Assembly: GCA_938074205.1 (NCBI GenBank)
Contig: CALJES010000001.1
Coordinates: 36,268-100,267, forward strand
Source: an uncultured bacterium
GTDB taxonomy: Bacteria > Armatimonadota > UBA5829
DNA: 64,000 nucleotides
Direction of reading: 5' to 3'
The translations under genes were made by a program, and so were the position numbers. The notes beneath the pieces are model-generated. The model was not told the DNA's origin, did no database searches, and saw only the letters and a list, made by a program, of their open reading frames with translations. Shown here piece after piece: positions 9,851 through 20,161 of this stretch (positions are counted from its first letter, which is position 1; each line of letters opens with the position of its first letter).

Positions 9851-10462
9851 ATGACTAACAGGAGGTGTAAGCCGATACCTAAGAAGACCGTCATTCTCGC
9901 ATCAGCATCTCCTCGCCGAAGAGAGCTGCTTTCTCTCATCTTCTCAGAGTTCGAAGTGCATCCTAGCACGTTCGACGAAGCATCGGTTCCCCAAGAATTA
10001 GCCCCTAGTGATCACGTAACCTATTCAGCACGAAGCAAAGCAGCGGAGGTGTTCAATCACCACCCTAAAGCTTTGATCATAGCGGCAGATACCATTGTAG
10101 TTATAGACGACCAGATATTAGGCAAACCCGCAAATGAAGAGGACGCATACCGAATGCTTCAAAAGCTCAGCGGGCAGACGCATCAGGTTTATACTGGTAT
10201 AGCCGTAGCTGACGAGGGTGACATCTATACTGTGTGTGAGTGCACCGACGTGACTTTCAGAGAACTACCGGATGAACTAATCCGGCGATACATTGCAACA
10301 GGAGAACCTATGGACAAAGCTGGTGCTTACGCCATACAAGGCAGGGCATCTATGTTCGTGACCGGAATCCGCGGCTGTTTCTTCAACGTCGTGGGGCTGC
10401 CGGTAAGCCGACTGAGCCTACTGTTGGAAGACCTGGGCTATGAGGTGATGATGAACCACTAA
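9851..10462 (+). CDS. maf: Maf-family nucleoside triphosphate pyrophosphatase
   Basis: ILASASPRRRELL, AADTIVV, DKAGAYAIQG. ATG 9851 chosen within ORF 9836..10462. Confidence 0.9.
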   Translation: MTNRRCKPIPKKTVILASASPRRRELLSLIFSEFEVHPSTFDEASVPQELAPSDHVTYSARSKAAEVFNHHPKALIIAADTIVVIDDQILGKPANEEDAYRMLQKLSGQTHQVYTGIAVADEGDIYTVCECTDVTFRELPDELIRRYIATGEPMDKAGAYAIQGRASMFVTGIRGCFFNVVGLPVSRLSLLLEDLGYEVMMNH

Positions 10463-10510
10463 GTACTGTGTATTGTCAGTTGTTCCGAGTACTATGGGGA
10501 GATAATCGAA

Positions 10511-11551
10511 ATGAAGATGCTGGCTGCTGTTCTGCACGGGTTTAATGATCTACGATTGGAAGAACTACCTATTCCTGAAGTGAAGGAACCTGATGACGTG
10601 TTGGTGCGTGTGCGAGCTTGTGGGATTTGTGCTACAGACTACAAAGCCATACGAGGTATTCGGAGGAACGTAAGTTTCCCATCGATCCAAGGGCATGAAA
10701 TTAGCGGCGAGGTGGCGGCTACTGGATCAGCAGTCAAACACTTTCGAGAGGGAGATGCCGTTATAGTTCAGCCGCTGGGACACTGCGGAATATGCAATGA
10801 CTGCCGTGTCGGCAATACACATTACTGTCGTAACTCGTTTGTGCTGGGCGGCGACGGCCCGCCAGATGTCCGCAACGGCGGATTTGCGGAGTATGTTTTG
10901 ACGAAAGAGCACACCCTGTATCGTAAGCCTGAAAATGTTACATTTGACGAAGCTGCCATCACGGAACCACTTGCAGGAGCGTGGAAAGGAGTTATTCGGC
11001 ACAGCGAGATGCAGCTAGGCGATGATGTAGTTGTAGTGGGCACAGGCAGCATTGGATCGTTGTGCATTGCCGTAGCAAGAGCGGCAGGCGCAGCGAAGTT
11101 GATAGCTGTGGATACCAGTGATTTCGCACTTCGTAAGGCGGTTGAGTTCGGTGCTACTCACACGGTCAATTGCTCCAAAGAAGATGCCAAGGCCCGCATT
11201 TACGACATTATCCCGGAAGGGCCAGACCTTGTCGTTGAGGCGGCTGGGTCTATAGAGGCGGTAAGGTTGATGGTCAACTTGCTTCGGCGGGGTACGCGTT
11301 GGAACGTATTCGGCATAACGACCCACGAAAAATTCGAGCTGGACGGCGGCTTAGCCCATTTCCTGGAAGCGCGTATGGACTCAAGCTTCGGTACAACTAC
11401 CACCTCGATGATTAAGGCCATCAAGCTGCTCGAGAGTGGATTGGTGGACATCAGTAAGCTCATTACCCATCGGTTTCCACTGGCAAAGATTCACGAGGCA
11501 ATCAATCTGATGGAATCCCCGAATCGGAGCAAAATCATAGTGAATTCCTAG
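10511..11551 (+). CDS. zinc-dependent alcohol/polyol dehydrogenase (MDR family)
   Basis: GHEISGEV catalytic Zn motif, structural Zn cluster CGICNDCRVGNTHYC, Rossmann VVGTGSIGSL. Confidence 0.85.
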   Translation: MKMLAAVLHGFNDLRLEELPIPEVKEPDDVLVRVRACGICATDYKAIRGIRRNVSFPSIQGHEISGEVAATGSAVKHFREGDAVIVQPLGHCGICNDCRVGNTHYCRNSFVLGGDGPPDVRNGGFAEYVLTKEHTLYRKPENVTFDEAAITEPLAGAWKGVIRHSEMQLGDDVVVVGTGSIGSLCIAVARAAGAAKLIAVDTSDFALRKAVEFGATHTVNCSKEDAKARIYDIIPEGPDLVVEAAGSIEAVRLMVNLLRRGTRWNVFGITTHEKFELDGGLAHFLEARMDSSFGTTTTSMIKAIKLLESGLVDISKLITHRFPLAKIHEAINLMESPNRSKIIVNS

Positions 11552-11721
11552 GCGTGCTGTTTGGGAAGATGGTATTTATTCCTGATTTCGCTTTAGTATG
11601 TGGGTGTGTTATTGACTGATTCCAAGCTCGAGGATAGACTGAGGAAGGAAGACGTAAGTGTTTGCCACCGTAACTGCGATTGGCAAAAATAAGGTTCCCA
11701 ACCAAAAGGAGGAGATGAAAG

Positions 11722-12453
11722 ATGAACAGAATTATCATATTGTGCGCAGCGCTGAGCCTTCTGCTAATTTTTCCTGCTGCTGCGCAAGGGCTTTATGCTA
11801 CAGGGTTCGAACCGCCCACCTACACCGCAGGCGAATCGCTCAGCGGAGTTGACGGGTGGACACTGGTCAGCGGTTCGGCAAGCCAGGCAGTTATCCAATA
11901 TATCTAAGTCCACAGTGGCACTCAAGCGCTGGGAATCCAGCAACCGCCGACCGGGGGTACGGGTGCGGTGGCCTTAGTTCACGACTTTGCAAACTGGTCA
12001 AGCGGCGTGTTGGTCGTCCAGTTGTGGACAATGCCGGCTGATAATACTGACGCCACGGGCACCTGGATAGCAGTGGAACAGGACCGCAGCACGTCCAAGC
12101 GTAGTTCGTTGTTCGGATTCCGCAGCGGCGTGTTAGCCTACAATAACGGTGCTAGTTGGGTCAATTCGACAACACCATACAACCTGGGAGAGTGGTACAA
12201 ACTGACAGTGACAGGCGTGTTGAACTACGATACGAGGAAATGGGACTTTTACGTCAACGACGTTTTGTTTGCATCGAATCTCGGATTTTATCACACAGCT
12301 CATACCGCAGCCAACAACATCAGATTCTACAAAGGCACAAACAATGTAGGTATGGCAGTAGATGACCTGGAAATCATACCGGAACCATCTAGTGTGCTAG
12401 CTCTGCTAACCCGAATGCTGGGAGTCGTTGGCTGGCTACGCCGAAGTGCCTAA
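11722..12453 (+). pseudogene. PEP-CTERM-anchored LamG-like secreted protein interrupted by one in-frame TAA
   Basis: ORFs 11722..11907 and 11968..12453 are in the same frame and separated only by TAA 11905..11907 (AVIQYI*VHSGTQALGIQ). It has an N-terminal signal peptide (IILCAALSLLLIFPAAAQG). The C-terminal PEP-CTERM sorting signal is IPEPSSVLALLTRMLGVVGWLRRSA. Confidence 0.7.
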
Positions 12454-12486
12454 TTGATTCGATGCACAGCTGAGTCTAATGTGAGA

Positions 12487-12514
12487 GCCGCCCCGGGCAG
12501 TCTTGCGGGGCGGT
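12487..12514 (+). terminator. GC-rich hairpin after the PEP-CTERM gene (no U tract)
   Basis: GCCGCCCCG (12487..12495) pairs with CGGGGCGGT (12506..14) across a 10-nt loop. The downstream sequence is not T-rich, so terminator function is uncertain. Confidence 0.35.
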
Positions 12515-12543
12515 TCGAGTATGTGCTGGTGGGGGTTCGTCAG

Positions 12544-14363
12544 ATGTAGAGTAAGCTGCCAGTGATTTTACTAATCGGATTGCTGGGTGCTGCCACAGGT
12601 TCCGGCGCCGGGACCGTGACCGTCTGCCAGTGCAATATCTAAGACGGCGGGAAATGGACCGAACAAGACAAGTCACAAGTAACCCAAGACACGGCAAATC
12701 GCTTTGCCCAGTGGGTAGCCTCCGTAAACCCCCCGGGATCTGCATTCCCGCCAATAGCCGTAATAGGCATGCAAGAACTGATGACTGAAACTGACCGCAC
12801 CACCATTCAAAGCCTTTTGGAGCAGTACACCAGAGCGGCGTGGGAAAGCGCTCGCACGCCGCAAGGTGTAAACGGAACAAGCGGTATAGGAATGTTCTGG
12901 CGCACCGACATCTTGGAACACCGAGCGGAGTGGTACTTGGGAGAAAAGTCATTGAAGTCATCGACAACGGCTACGTGGCGAAGTTCGTAAGCAGACTTTT
13001 CAAAAAGCGATATTCCGATGAAGTGTTCGGATTCTTCACTGGCAAACTGATTTGGAGCAATGCAATACTAAAGGGCCATACCATCACGGAGGAAGAAAGA
13101 AGACAGGAAGCGGTGCGACTCAAGACTTGGATCAGGGAAGGAGAGCCGAATGCCCCGGGTATGTCGAACTTTCCGGGAACCGTTCGGGTAATAGCCTGCG
13201 ATCTTAATTCGGACACAGGCACGCCCACGTGGCAGGAAATGGATTTAGAGTATTCCGAACCTTCTAGCGAACACACGCATAACTCATTCTGGGGCACAAT
13301 AGGTTTAGACCTCTTCGGAAGACGACTCGACTACATCTGGTGGGATTATGACGCCTTTGCCAAGAGAGCAGGAGGCTTCGCATACGGTCCGCAGCGAAGT
13401 CCACATTTCGGATCTGATCACCGAGCGGTGTATGCTACTATAGAGCTCCATCCGGTAGATTTAACTCCCCCGACAGTAGCGATCACACAACCTGAAAATG
13501 GAGCCAGCGTAACAGGCACGGTCAAAGTCTCAGCAAACGCTTCGGATACATCAGGAATTCTGCAAGTAGAGTTTCTGGTAGACGGTGTAACCGTATGGAC
13601 GGATACGGTACCTCCGTATGAATTCGACTGGAATACTGCAGGCATGAGCCAAGACTACCATGTCCTAACTGCCATCGCCACCGATGCATCGTCTAATAGA
13701 GTAAAGGGGCAGTCTGCACAGGTTGTGGTCTGGGTCGGCCCGCCGGGAAGTGAACCTTCGATTACAAGTGCTCGTTCCAAGCCGAACGGGTCAATTGTGA
13801 GTGTGCGGAGCAAAGTTGTGACAGCTTCATTCGCCAACTACTTTTATATCGAGTAATCTACCAGAACCGCTGGAATCAAAGTGACTAACGTTACAACCTC
13901 TCCTGTAGTAGGCACGTTGGTAAACGTCACAGGTACGCTCAATACCCTTAACGGCGAAAGAGAGATCAGCGCGACAAGTGTAACTGAGGTCGGCGGCGCC
14001 CAAGTCCCTGAGCCTCTGGGGCTGACCAACAAGAATCTCGGAGGCGGTTCAGCGGGACCATACACGCCGGGAATATATGGCGCTCTTGGACCGAATAACA
14101 TCGGGCTGCTTGTCAGGTGCTGAGGTAAAGTTAAGGCGGTTGTCGGCACATATTATATGTATATTGACGACGGGTCCAAGCTGCGAGAAGGCTACGGATA
14201 TGAAGGTGTTCGTGTAGAAATATCAAGCATGACTGGATGGACGCCACAGAGTATAGGCAAATATGTCAGTATGACCGGTATCAGCAATACGTCGATGATT
14301 TCCGGCAAGATCCAAAGGCGGTTGAAGGTCCGGCAAGTATCGGACATACAAATATTGAACTGA
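12544..14363 (+). pseudogene. secreted EEP (endonuclease/exonuclease/phosphatase)-Ig-like-OB-like multidomain protein, disrupted by 4 in-frame stops and 1 frameshift
   Basis: My own translation in one frame gives M*SKLPVILLIGLLGAATGSGAGTVTVCQCNI*DGGKW...PIAVIGMQEL...GIGMFWRTD (TAG 12547, TAA 12640). The frame changes near the A-run at about 12942..12948 into ORF 12840..13856 (ends ...GSDHRAVYATIEL EEP tail plus Ig-like domain). TAA 13854 (FYIE*STRTAGIKV) and TGA 14121 (GLLVRC*GKV) join ORFs 13881..14123 and 14157..14363 in the same frame. An intact paralog is at 39970..41325. Confidence 0.7.
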
Positions 14364-14452
14364 TCAGGCTGACCTAACAGCTCTCACAGGGTAAAATGAA
14401 GGCGGAAGTTGTTCTACGGGATGTCCAAGTAACCAACCAGAGGGGGCAAATA

Positions 14453-15160
14453 ATGAAAGCAGTATATGTGCGCCACAACCACAATAGAGGCTTTACTCTC
14501 ATTGAGCTTCTAGTAGTTATAGCAATAATCGCTATCCTGGCAGCTATTCTGTTCCCGATCTTTGCACGCGTCAAACGGCAAGGACAGAAGACAAGCTGCG
14601 GGTCGAACCTGCAGCAGTTGTATAAGGCTATAACAATGTATGCAAACGATCGCAATGGGCGGCTGCCCCGCATTTGCGTGGTAGGAACCGACGGTTCTGA
14701 GAATTGGAACTACGCCAACTCTACTTTAAGATCGTCAAGCGGCATATATAAAGACCTTAGACCTTATGTTAAGAACGACAGCGTCTTCATCTGTCCTGGC
14801 GGCGGACTAAAGTGCGATTTCTTAAGCGACGGCACTCGATATGAAATCGACTACCGCTTCGCAGAAGCCATGAACTACTCCGAAGGCAAGCCTGTCCGCA
14901 CTAAAAGCTTGGATGAATGTAGGTTGCCGAAAAAGTTCTATGTTGTGAGTGACCGCCATAGCAACCATCACTACGCTTCAAATGACGAGTCGATGACGAA
15001 CTGGGTGATGCTGATGGTTATGGCGGACGGCCACTTAGCAAGCAACGTTAAGCCGTACGACGACCAGTGGCGTGATTCCCGAAAGCAGTTGAAATACAAC
15101 CACTGGGATTTCCCGAATTGCCACGCCGCTGACGTATTGGTAGCGGGTGAGTACTACTAG
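14453..15160 (+). CDS. prepilin-type N-terminal cleavage/methylation domain protein (pseudopilin-like, DUF1559-like)
   Basis: RGFTLIELLVVIAIIAILAAILFP signature. ATG 14453 lies behind AGGGGG. Confidence 0.85.
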   Translation: MKAVYVRHNHNRGFTLIELLVVIAIIAILAAILFPIFARVKRQGQKTSCGSNLQQLYKAITMYANDRNGRLPRICVVGTDGSENWNYANSTLRSSSGIYKDLRPYVKNDSVFICPGGGLKCDFLSDGTRYEIDYRFAEAMNYSEGKPVRTKSLDECRLPKKFYVVSDRHSNHHYASNDESMTNWVMLMVMADGHLASNVKPYDDQWRDSRKQLKYNHWDFPNCHAADVLVAGEYY

Positions 15161-15269
15161 TCGCTACTCTTGATGAAGAGAATTCCCTTCTTTCTCAGCT
15201 TGCGAGAGCATAGACACTCGCTTGCTAATCCGTGTTGTTGCGACTTCCCGCAAATCAAAATGGCGTTAT

Positions 15270-16826
15270 ATGCATAGAGCTCGTGATTTTCTGATTCCGG
15301 CACTAACTTGGTTAGTGCTTTGGCTTTTTGGCCAAGTTGGCGCCGCCTCGCAGTGGACGTTAATAACGATCCTGCATACCAACGACATTCACGGAAGCAT
15401 CATGCCTCGAGATGCCTCTAGCGGATTATCACGCGCCGCAACACTTGTCAAGCAGATCAGAAATAGCATGCCCAACGTTATACTGCTCGACGCGGGCGAC
15501 ATAATACACGGCACACCAGAAGACTACCTCAGCCGAGGAAAGGCAAGCATACTGGCTATGAACGCCGTGGAGTACGATGCGGCTGCTACTGGTAACCACG
15601 AATACGACTTTGGCCTGGATGTGCTAGAAGAAGTTGTCTCCACGGCAACGTTTCCCTTTCTAGCTGCCAACATAAAATCAGCGCCCGGAGGAGACTGGAA
15701 CAAAATAGCGCCGTACGCCATACTAAACGCCAACGATGTCAAAATAGGTGTTATCGGGCTCACCACCCTGGAAACTGTTTCGCTCCACTGGCCTGGCAGT
15801 ATAAAAGATATACGAATCGATGACCCGATTGCGACGGCGAAAAAACTCGTGCCGGAATTAAGGAAGTCAGTTGACGTGCTAGTGATACTGTCACATCTAG
15901 GAGCAGACCTGGATAGACTCCTGGCTCGAGAGGTGCAGGGCATCGACTTTATTGTCGGCGGTCACAGTCACACGGCAATTGAGCAATGGGAATGGATAGG
16001 CGATACGCTCATCGCCCAAACTGGCGCGTACTGCAAGGCACTAGGTCGGATCGACTTCATCATCCGCAAACAGGACACCAAAGCAGAGATATGGTCCGTC
16101 AACGGCAAGACGCGACGATGGAACGACTTGCCACGTCCACCACTGGGTGCAACTTATCCCAACGGACCGCTGGTCGCAGTCAACAACACAATTACGGAAG
16201 ACCAAGCAGTATTGAACGCTTATCTGCCCTTCCGAAGAAGTACCGACAGATACCTGTCATTGACTATAGGATATGCACGGACAGACATTCCTGGACGTGA
16301 ACCCGGCAAAGATGAATCGCCTTCGGCAAACTTGATGGCGGATGCGGTTCGTGAATTTGCCAAAAGCGACGTAGCGATAGTTGATGCCAATGCTGTGGGT
16401 TCACGAGGGCTTGCCAGAGGTCCTATACGCATAGAAAACCTTTACAATCTTGTCGGAGGCTACACGCGGCAGCACATAGTCGTTGCCAAGATACGCGGCC
16501 GCGAGTTGGTTCAAGCCATAAACGAAGGGTTCCGAAAGAAGAATGGTGTGAATATTGGCGTTTCGGGCGTGTCGATTCGGTGCCGATTGATAGACGGTGT
16601 GGTCCATGCAGAAGCCCTCATCATAGGTGGCAAGGACCTCGAGCCGGATCAATACTATACCGTGGCAGCCCAGGCGTACGTAATGATGAACCTGATGGAA
16701 GCTGCTAAGGATATTATCATTATGGCAGAGCCCCGTGAGACTACGCGGGAGGCATTGGTCGCCTACGTGCAAAATCACAAAGTTCTATATCCACCTGAAA
16801 GTGGACGGATTACCGTAGCCAAATAG
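15270..16826 (+). CDS. bifunctional metallophosphatase/5'-nucleotidase (UshA-like), secreted
   Basis: ILHTNDIHGS, DAGDIIHGT, GNHEYDFG, GGHSH, plus a C-terminal 5'-nucleotidase domain. The signal peptide starts from ATG 15270. Confidence 0.85.
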   Translation: MHRARDFLIPALTWLVLWLFGQVGAASQWTLITILHTNDIHGSIMPRDASSGLSRAATLVKQIRNSMPNVILLDAGDIIHGTPEDYLSRGKASILAMNAVEYDAAATGNHEYDFGLDVLEEVVSTATFPFLAANIKSAPGGDWNKIAPYAILNANDVKIGVIGLTTLETVSLHWPGSIKDIRIDDPIATAKKLVPELRKSVDVLVILSHLGADLDRLLAREVQGIDFIVGGHSHTAIEQWEWIGDTLIAQTGAYCKALGRIDFIIRKQDTKAEIWSVNGKTRRWNDLPRPPLGATYPNGPLVAVNNTITEDQAVLNAYLPFRRSTDRYLSLTIGYARTDIPGREPGKDESPSANLMADAVREFAKSDVAIVDANAVGSRGLARGPIRIENLYNLVGGYTRQHIVVAKIRGRELVQAINEGFRKKNGVNIGVSGVSIRCRLIDGVVHAEALIIGGKDLEPDQYYTVAAQAYVMMNLMEAAKDIIIMAEPRETTREALVAYVQNHKVLYPPESGRITVAK

Positions 16827-16853
16827 CTTACCCGCGACTTTTTTGGATTGGTT

Positions 16854-18167
16854 ATGGGAAGATCTGCAAGGATTGCACGAATTGCCGCAGTTGCGATAAT
16901 GCTTGTTTGCGCGGCATCGCTTGTTGGCTGTGGCAAACCTACTAAGAGTCAAGAACGCAAAGTTACGATCACGTTGGCTTGCTGGGAAGGTCCCGAGGGT
17001 TTGGCTTCCCTCACCAAGCTCCTCAATAGATATAAGAAAATGAATCCAAACGTAAGGATTGAGATCCAGCAAGTCCCAGGAAGCCAGTATTATCAAAGAC
17101 TCAAGATCCAGTTCGCTGCCGGCGTGGCGCCTGATATTATGCAGATGGCGTATGATCAACTGCCCAGCTTTGCTGCGCGCAACACGTTGGAACCTCTCGA
17201 CAGGCTCATCAAACGAGACAGGTTTCCCGTGAATGAGATGTTCCCTCAGCTGCTTCCTGCACTGAAATATAAAGGCAGGTTCTACGGTCTCCCCCGCGGG
17301 TGGACGACATTCGTGCTGTACTACAACAAAGACATGTTCAGAGAAGCAGGCGTTGCTTTTCCGCGGGAAGGCTGGACTTGGGATGATTTCCTCTACGCCT
17401 GCAAGAAGATCACAAAGGATGTGGATGGAGATGGTCGCATAGATCGATTCGGGTGCGATGCCCCGACCCAGGCTGATGGAATAGCGTTCTGGATATGGCA
17501 AAACGGCGGCCGCATGTTTACCCCTGATATGAAAAAATGCCTTCTGGACAGCCCTGAGGCAATAGAGGCAGTGCAATTCCTTGCTGATTGCCAGTACAAG
17601 TACAACGTGTTTCCGACTCCCGAACAAGCGCAAGACCTCGGCGGCGGCAGCGAAATGTTTCGAAATGGTCGCCAGGCAATGTTCATACAGGGTAGATGGG
17701 CATGCCTCGTTTTCCGCGGAGCCACCTATCCCGACGGTCGCAAGATCGACTGGGACGTTGCTCCTGTTCCTATGAGAAAAACAAAAGCGACAGTTCTCTT
17801 TGCAAACTGCTACGTGCTTCGGCGAAACGGTCCTAACCTCGAGGAAGCCTGGAAACTCATGAAGTGGCTTACCGGTTACGAGGGCCAGCGGCACCAGGCT
17901 CGAACCGGTCGAGATATGCCATCGTTCGTAAGGATAGCCAATTCACCTGATTTCTTGGATCCAGTGAACCCGCCTGAACACGACCGTATCTTTCTGGATG
18001 TTGCTAAGTATGCACGACCTCTCGAAGTCGACGCAAACACGGGAATAGTCAATCAGTTGATTACTAACGAGATAATGCAGATATTTACGGCGCGCAAGGA
18101 TGTCAAGCGCTCGATGACATCTCTTGCCGCAGCGATAAACCGTATCCAACAGCGGAGGACCAGATGA
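16854..18167 (+). CDS. sugar ABC transporter substrate-binding lipoprotein (family 1)
   Basis: Lipobox SLVGC. Family-1 SBP features (WEGPEG, YYNKDMF). Followed by two permease genes with 4-nt and 1-nt overlaps. Confidence 0.85.
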   Translation: MGRSARIARIAAVAIMLVCAASLVGCGKPTKSQERKVTITLACWEGPEGLASLTKLLNRYKKMNPNVRIEIQQVPGSQYYQRLKIQFAAGVAPDIMQMAYDQLPSFAARNTLEPLDRLIKRDRFPVNEMFPQLLPALKYKGRFYGLPRGWTTFVLYYNKDMFREAGVAFPREGWTWDDFLYACKKITKDVDGDGRIDRFGCDAPTQADGIAFWIWQNGGRMFTPDMKKCLLDSPEAIEAVQFLADCQYKYNVFPTPEQAQDLGGGSEMFRNGRQAMFIQGRWACLVFRGATYPDGRKIDWDVAPVPMRKTKATVLFANCYVLRRNGPNLEEAWKLMKWLTGYEGQRHQARTGRDMPSFVRIANSPDFLDPVNPPEHDRIFLDVAKYARPLEVDANTGIVNQLITNEIMQIFTARKDVKRSMTSLAAAINRIQQRRTR

Positions 18168-19069
18168 CCTCGCCAAGAAAGCCGCTTGCAAGAAGCGAGT
18201 CAGTGGCAGCGACGGGATTTCTTGCGCTGAGTTTTGTGGGTCTTTTGGTGTTTGCAATTGTGCCGATAGTGGGGGCGCTCGTTGTCAGTTTGCTCGACTG
18301 GGACATCCTGACTCCGCCGAGGTTTGTGGGTCTTGCTAACTACGCCGAAATCTGGCGCGAACTCACACAGGGCGACACGCTGCGGACCGTTCTCTTGAAT
18401 ACTATTTACTTTACCGCAGGCACCGTACCGCTTGCTATGGCTGTTTCACTAGCCATAGCTCTGCTGCTCAACCGGCGGCTGTGGGGCGTCGGAGTGTTCC
18501 GCGTAATCTACTTCCTGCCGACTGTAACAAGCATAGTGGCGCTGTCGATCGTCTGGCGGCTGATGTACAACCCGGATTACGGTATCATCAATCGATTCCT
18601 GCGGCTCTTTACATCCCATCCTCCGGGATGGCTGGCTGATCCAAACTGGGCAATGCCCGCCATCATAATTATGAGCGTATGGACCGGTTTGGGGTATAAC
18701 GCGATTCTCTATCTCGCCGGCCTGCAGGGGATAAGCTCGACATATTACGAAGCCGCGAAGATCGACGGAGCAAATGCTTGGCAATTGTTCCGACATGTAA
18801 CCTGGCCGCTGCTCTCACCTACCACGCTCTTTATCTTCACAATGTCCGTTATCAGTGGATTCCAAGTGTTTACACAGATATACATGATGACTGCCGGAAA
18901 GCCCACCCCGCAGACGATGGTCTACGTATATCACGTATATTCTGAGGCATTTACGTCGTTTAGGATGGGCTACGCATCAGCGTTGGCATTTGTGCTATTT
19001 CTCTTGATTCTCACCGTAACGCTAGCTCAGTTGTCAATCACTAAACGTTGGGTTTACTACGGCGGCTAA
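18164..19069 (+). CDS. carbohydrate ABC transporter permease (MalF-like)
   Basis: Six TM spans and an EAA-like loop (YEAAKIDGANAWQLFRHVTWPLL). Confidence 0.85.
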   Translation: MTSPRKPLARSESVAATGFLALSFVGLLVFAIVPIVGALVVSLLDWDILTPPRFVGLANYAEIWRELTQGDTLRTVLLNTIYFTAGTVPLAMAVSLAIALLLNRRLWGVGVFRVIYFLPTVTSIVALSIVWRLMYNPDYGIINRFLRLFTSHPPGWLADPNWAMPAIIIMSVWTGLGYNAILYLAGLQGISSTYYEAAKIDGANAWQLFRHVTWPLLSPTTLFIFTMSVISGFQVFTQIYMMTAGKPTPQTMVYVYHVYSEAFTSFRMGYASALAFVLFLLILTVTLAQLSITKRWVYYGG

Positions 19070-19899
19070 TGAAAAGACGTAGGGTTTTTGGAGACATTGC
19101 ATCATACGTAGTTCTGAGTGCCGTTGGCATAAGTATGCTTTTGCCATTCGGCTGGATGGTGGTCGCTTCACTGCGAGACAAGACAGAGTTCTTCACCCAG
19201 GCAAGCGGATTGTTTCCCTCCGGCGTTCACTGGGAAAACTACATACTAGCCTGGACGACGGTTCCATTTGGGGCGTTTTTCAAGAACAGTGTTATTGTAG
19301 CCGTGTGCGTTACGCTGGGCCAGTTGCTAACCAGCTCGCTTGCAGCTTACGCGTTCGCTCGGATGCGATTTAGAGGCAGAGAGGCTTTATTCATTGCCTA
19401 TTTGTCGACGATGATGGTGCCAACCCAGGTAACTATGATTCCGCTATTCATAATGATGGTGAAGCTGAAGTGGGTGGATTCCTATCTGGCGCTGATTGTT
19501 CCGTTTCTCGCCAGCGCCTACGGGTGCTTTCTACTACGTCAGTTCTTCTTGACGATTCCTCAAGAGCTAGAAGATGCTGCCAGAATTGACGGCTGTGGGC
19601 ATTGGTCTACGTATTGGCGAATTATCCTGCCGCTGTCGAAACCCGCACTTTCCGCGTTCGGCGTCATCGCATTTCTTGGAAGCTGGAACAGCTTCATCTG
19701 GCCATTGATCGTGATTAACCGCCCGACCATGAAGACCATACCGATTGGTTTGCAGTCCCTCCAGGGTTTCTATGGTGATGCGAACTGGGCAGTTCTGATG
19801 GCTGGTGCCGTGATTGCTGCACTGCCGATGCTGGTACTGTTCTTCCTGGCGCAGAAGCAGTTCATCGAGGGGATTACGCTTACGGGTTTGAAAGCTTAA
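19069..19899 (+). CDS. carbohydrate ABC transporter permease (MalG-like)
   Basis: EAA loop LEDAARIDGCGHWSTYWRIILPLSKP. The ATG shares one base with the upstream TAA (TAATG). Confidence 0.85.
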   Translation: MKRRRVFGDIASYVVLSAVGISMLLPFGWMVVASLRDKTEFFTQASGLFPSGVHWENYILAWTTVPFGAFFKNSVIVAVCVTLGQLLTSSLAAYAFARMRFRGREALFIAYLSTMMVPTQVTMIPLFIMMVKLKWVDSYLALIVPFLASAYGCFLLRQFFLTIPQELEDAARIDGCGHWSTYWRIILPLSKPALSAFGVIAFLGSWNSFIWPLIVINRPTMKTIPIGLQSLQGFYGDANWAVLMAGAVIAALPMLVLFFLAQKQFIEGITLTGLKA

Positions 19900-20161
19900 T
19901 GAACACAAGCTAGTTCCCTGACGATTTTCCGCAGCATGTGTCCATTGCCTCCTACCTACGGACAATGCACTCTAGCGCAAACGAGCGTATACGTTTACAC
20001 ACCTGAGCACCACCTCAACTTGCGTGCCCAGTGCCTCAGAAACCTCACATACCACCGTCACTTGTGAGGTCAAGCGGCTTAGATGTGGAATAACCTGACT
20101 GAGCGAAACTGGCCAACACAACACCCGACATCATTGTATCCGCGTTCGCGAAAGACGCAGC

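Noticed and set aside
12476-12967. 163-aa minus-strand ORF across the region upstream of ORF 12840
   Set aside because: The plus strand here encodes recognisable EEP-domain motifs (signal peptide, CQCNI.DGG, VIGMQEL, GIGMFWRTD) once the in-frame stops are read through. The minus-strand product is Arg-rich nonsense.
11905-14123. Alternative genetic code or programmed read-through as the explanation for the in-frame TAA/TAG/TGA codons
   Set aside because: All three stop codons occur among the breaks. The same codons terminate well-conserved genes at their expected ends elsewhere in the window (for example TAA sugar permease at 19069, TGA nadD, TAG rpmA). A frameshift is also present, so decay or sequence error is the simpler reading.
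16785-17894. 369-aa ORF on the minus strand
   Set aside because: It is entirely antisense to the well-supported sugar-binding lipoprotein gene. The product is Arg/Cys/His-rich with no motifs, so it is an antisense shadow ORF.
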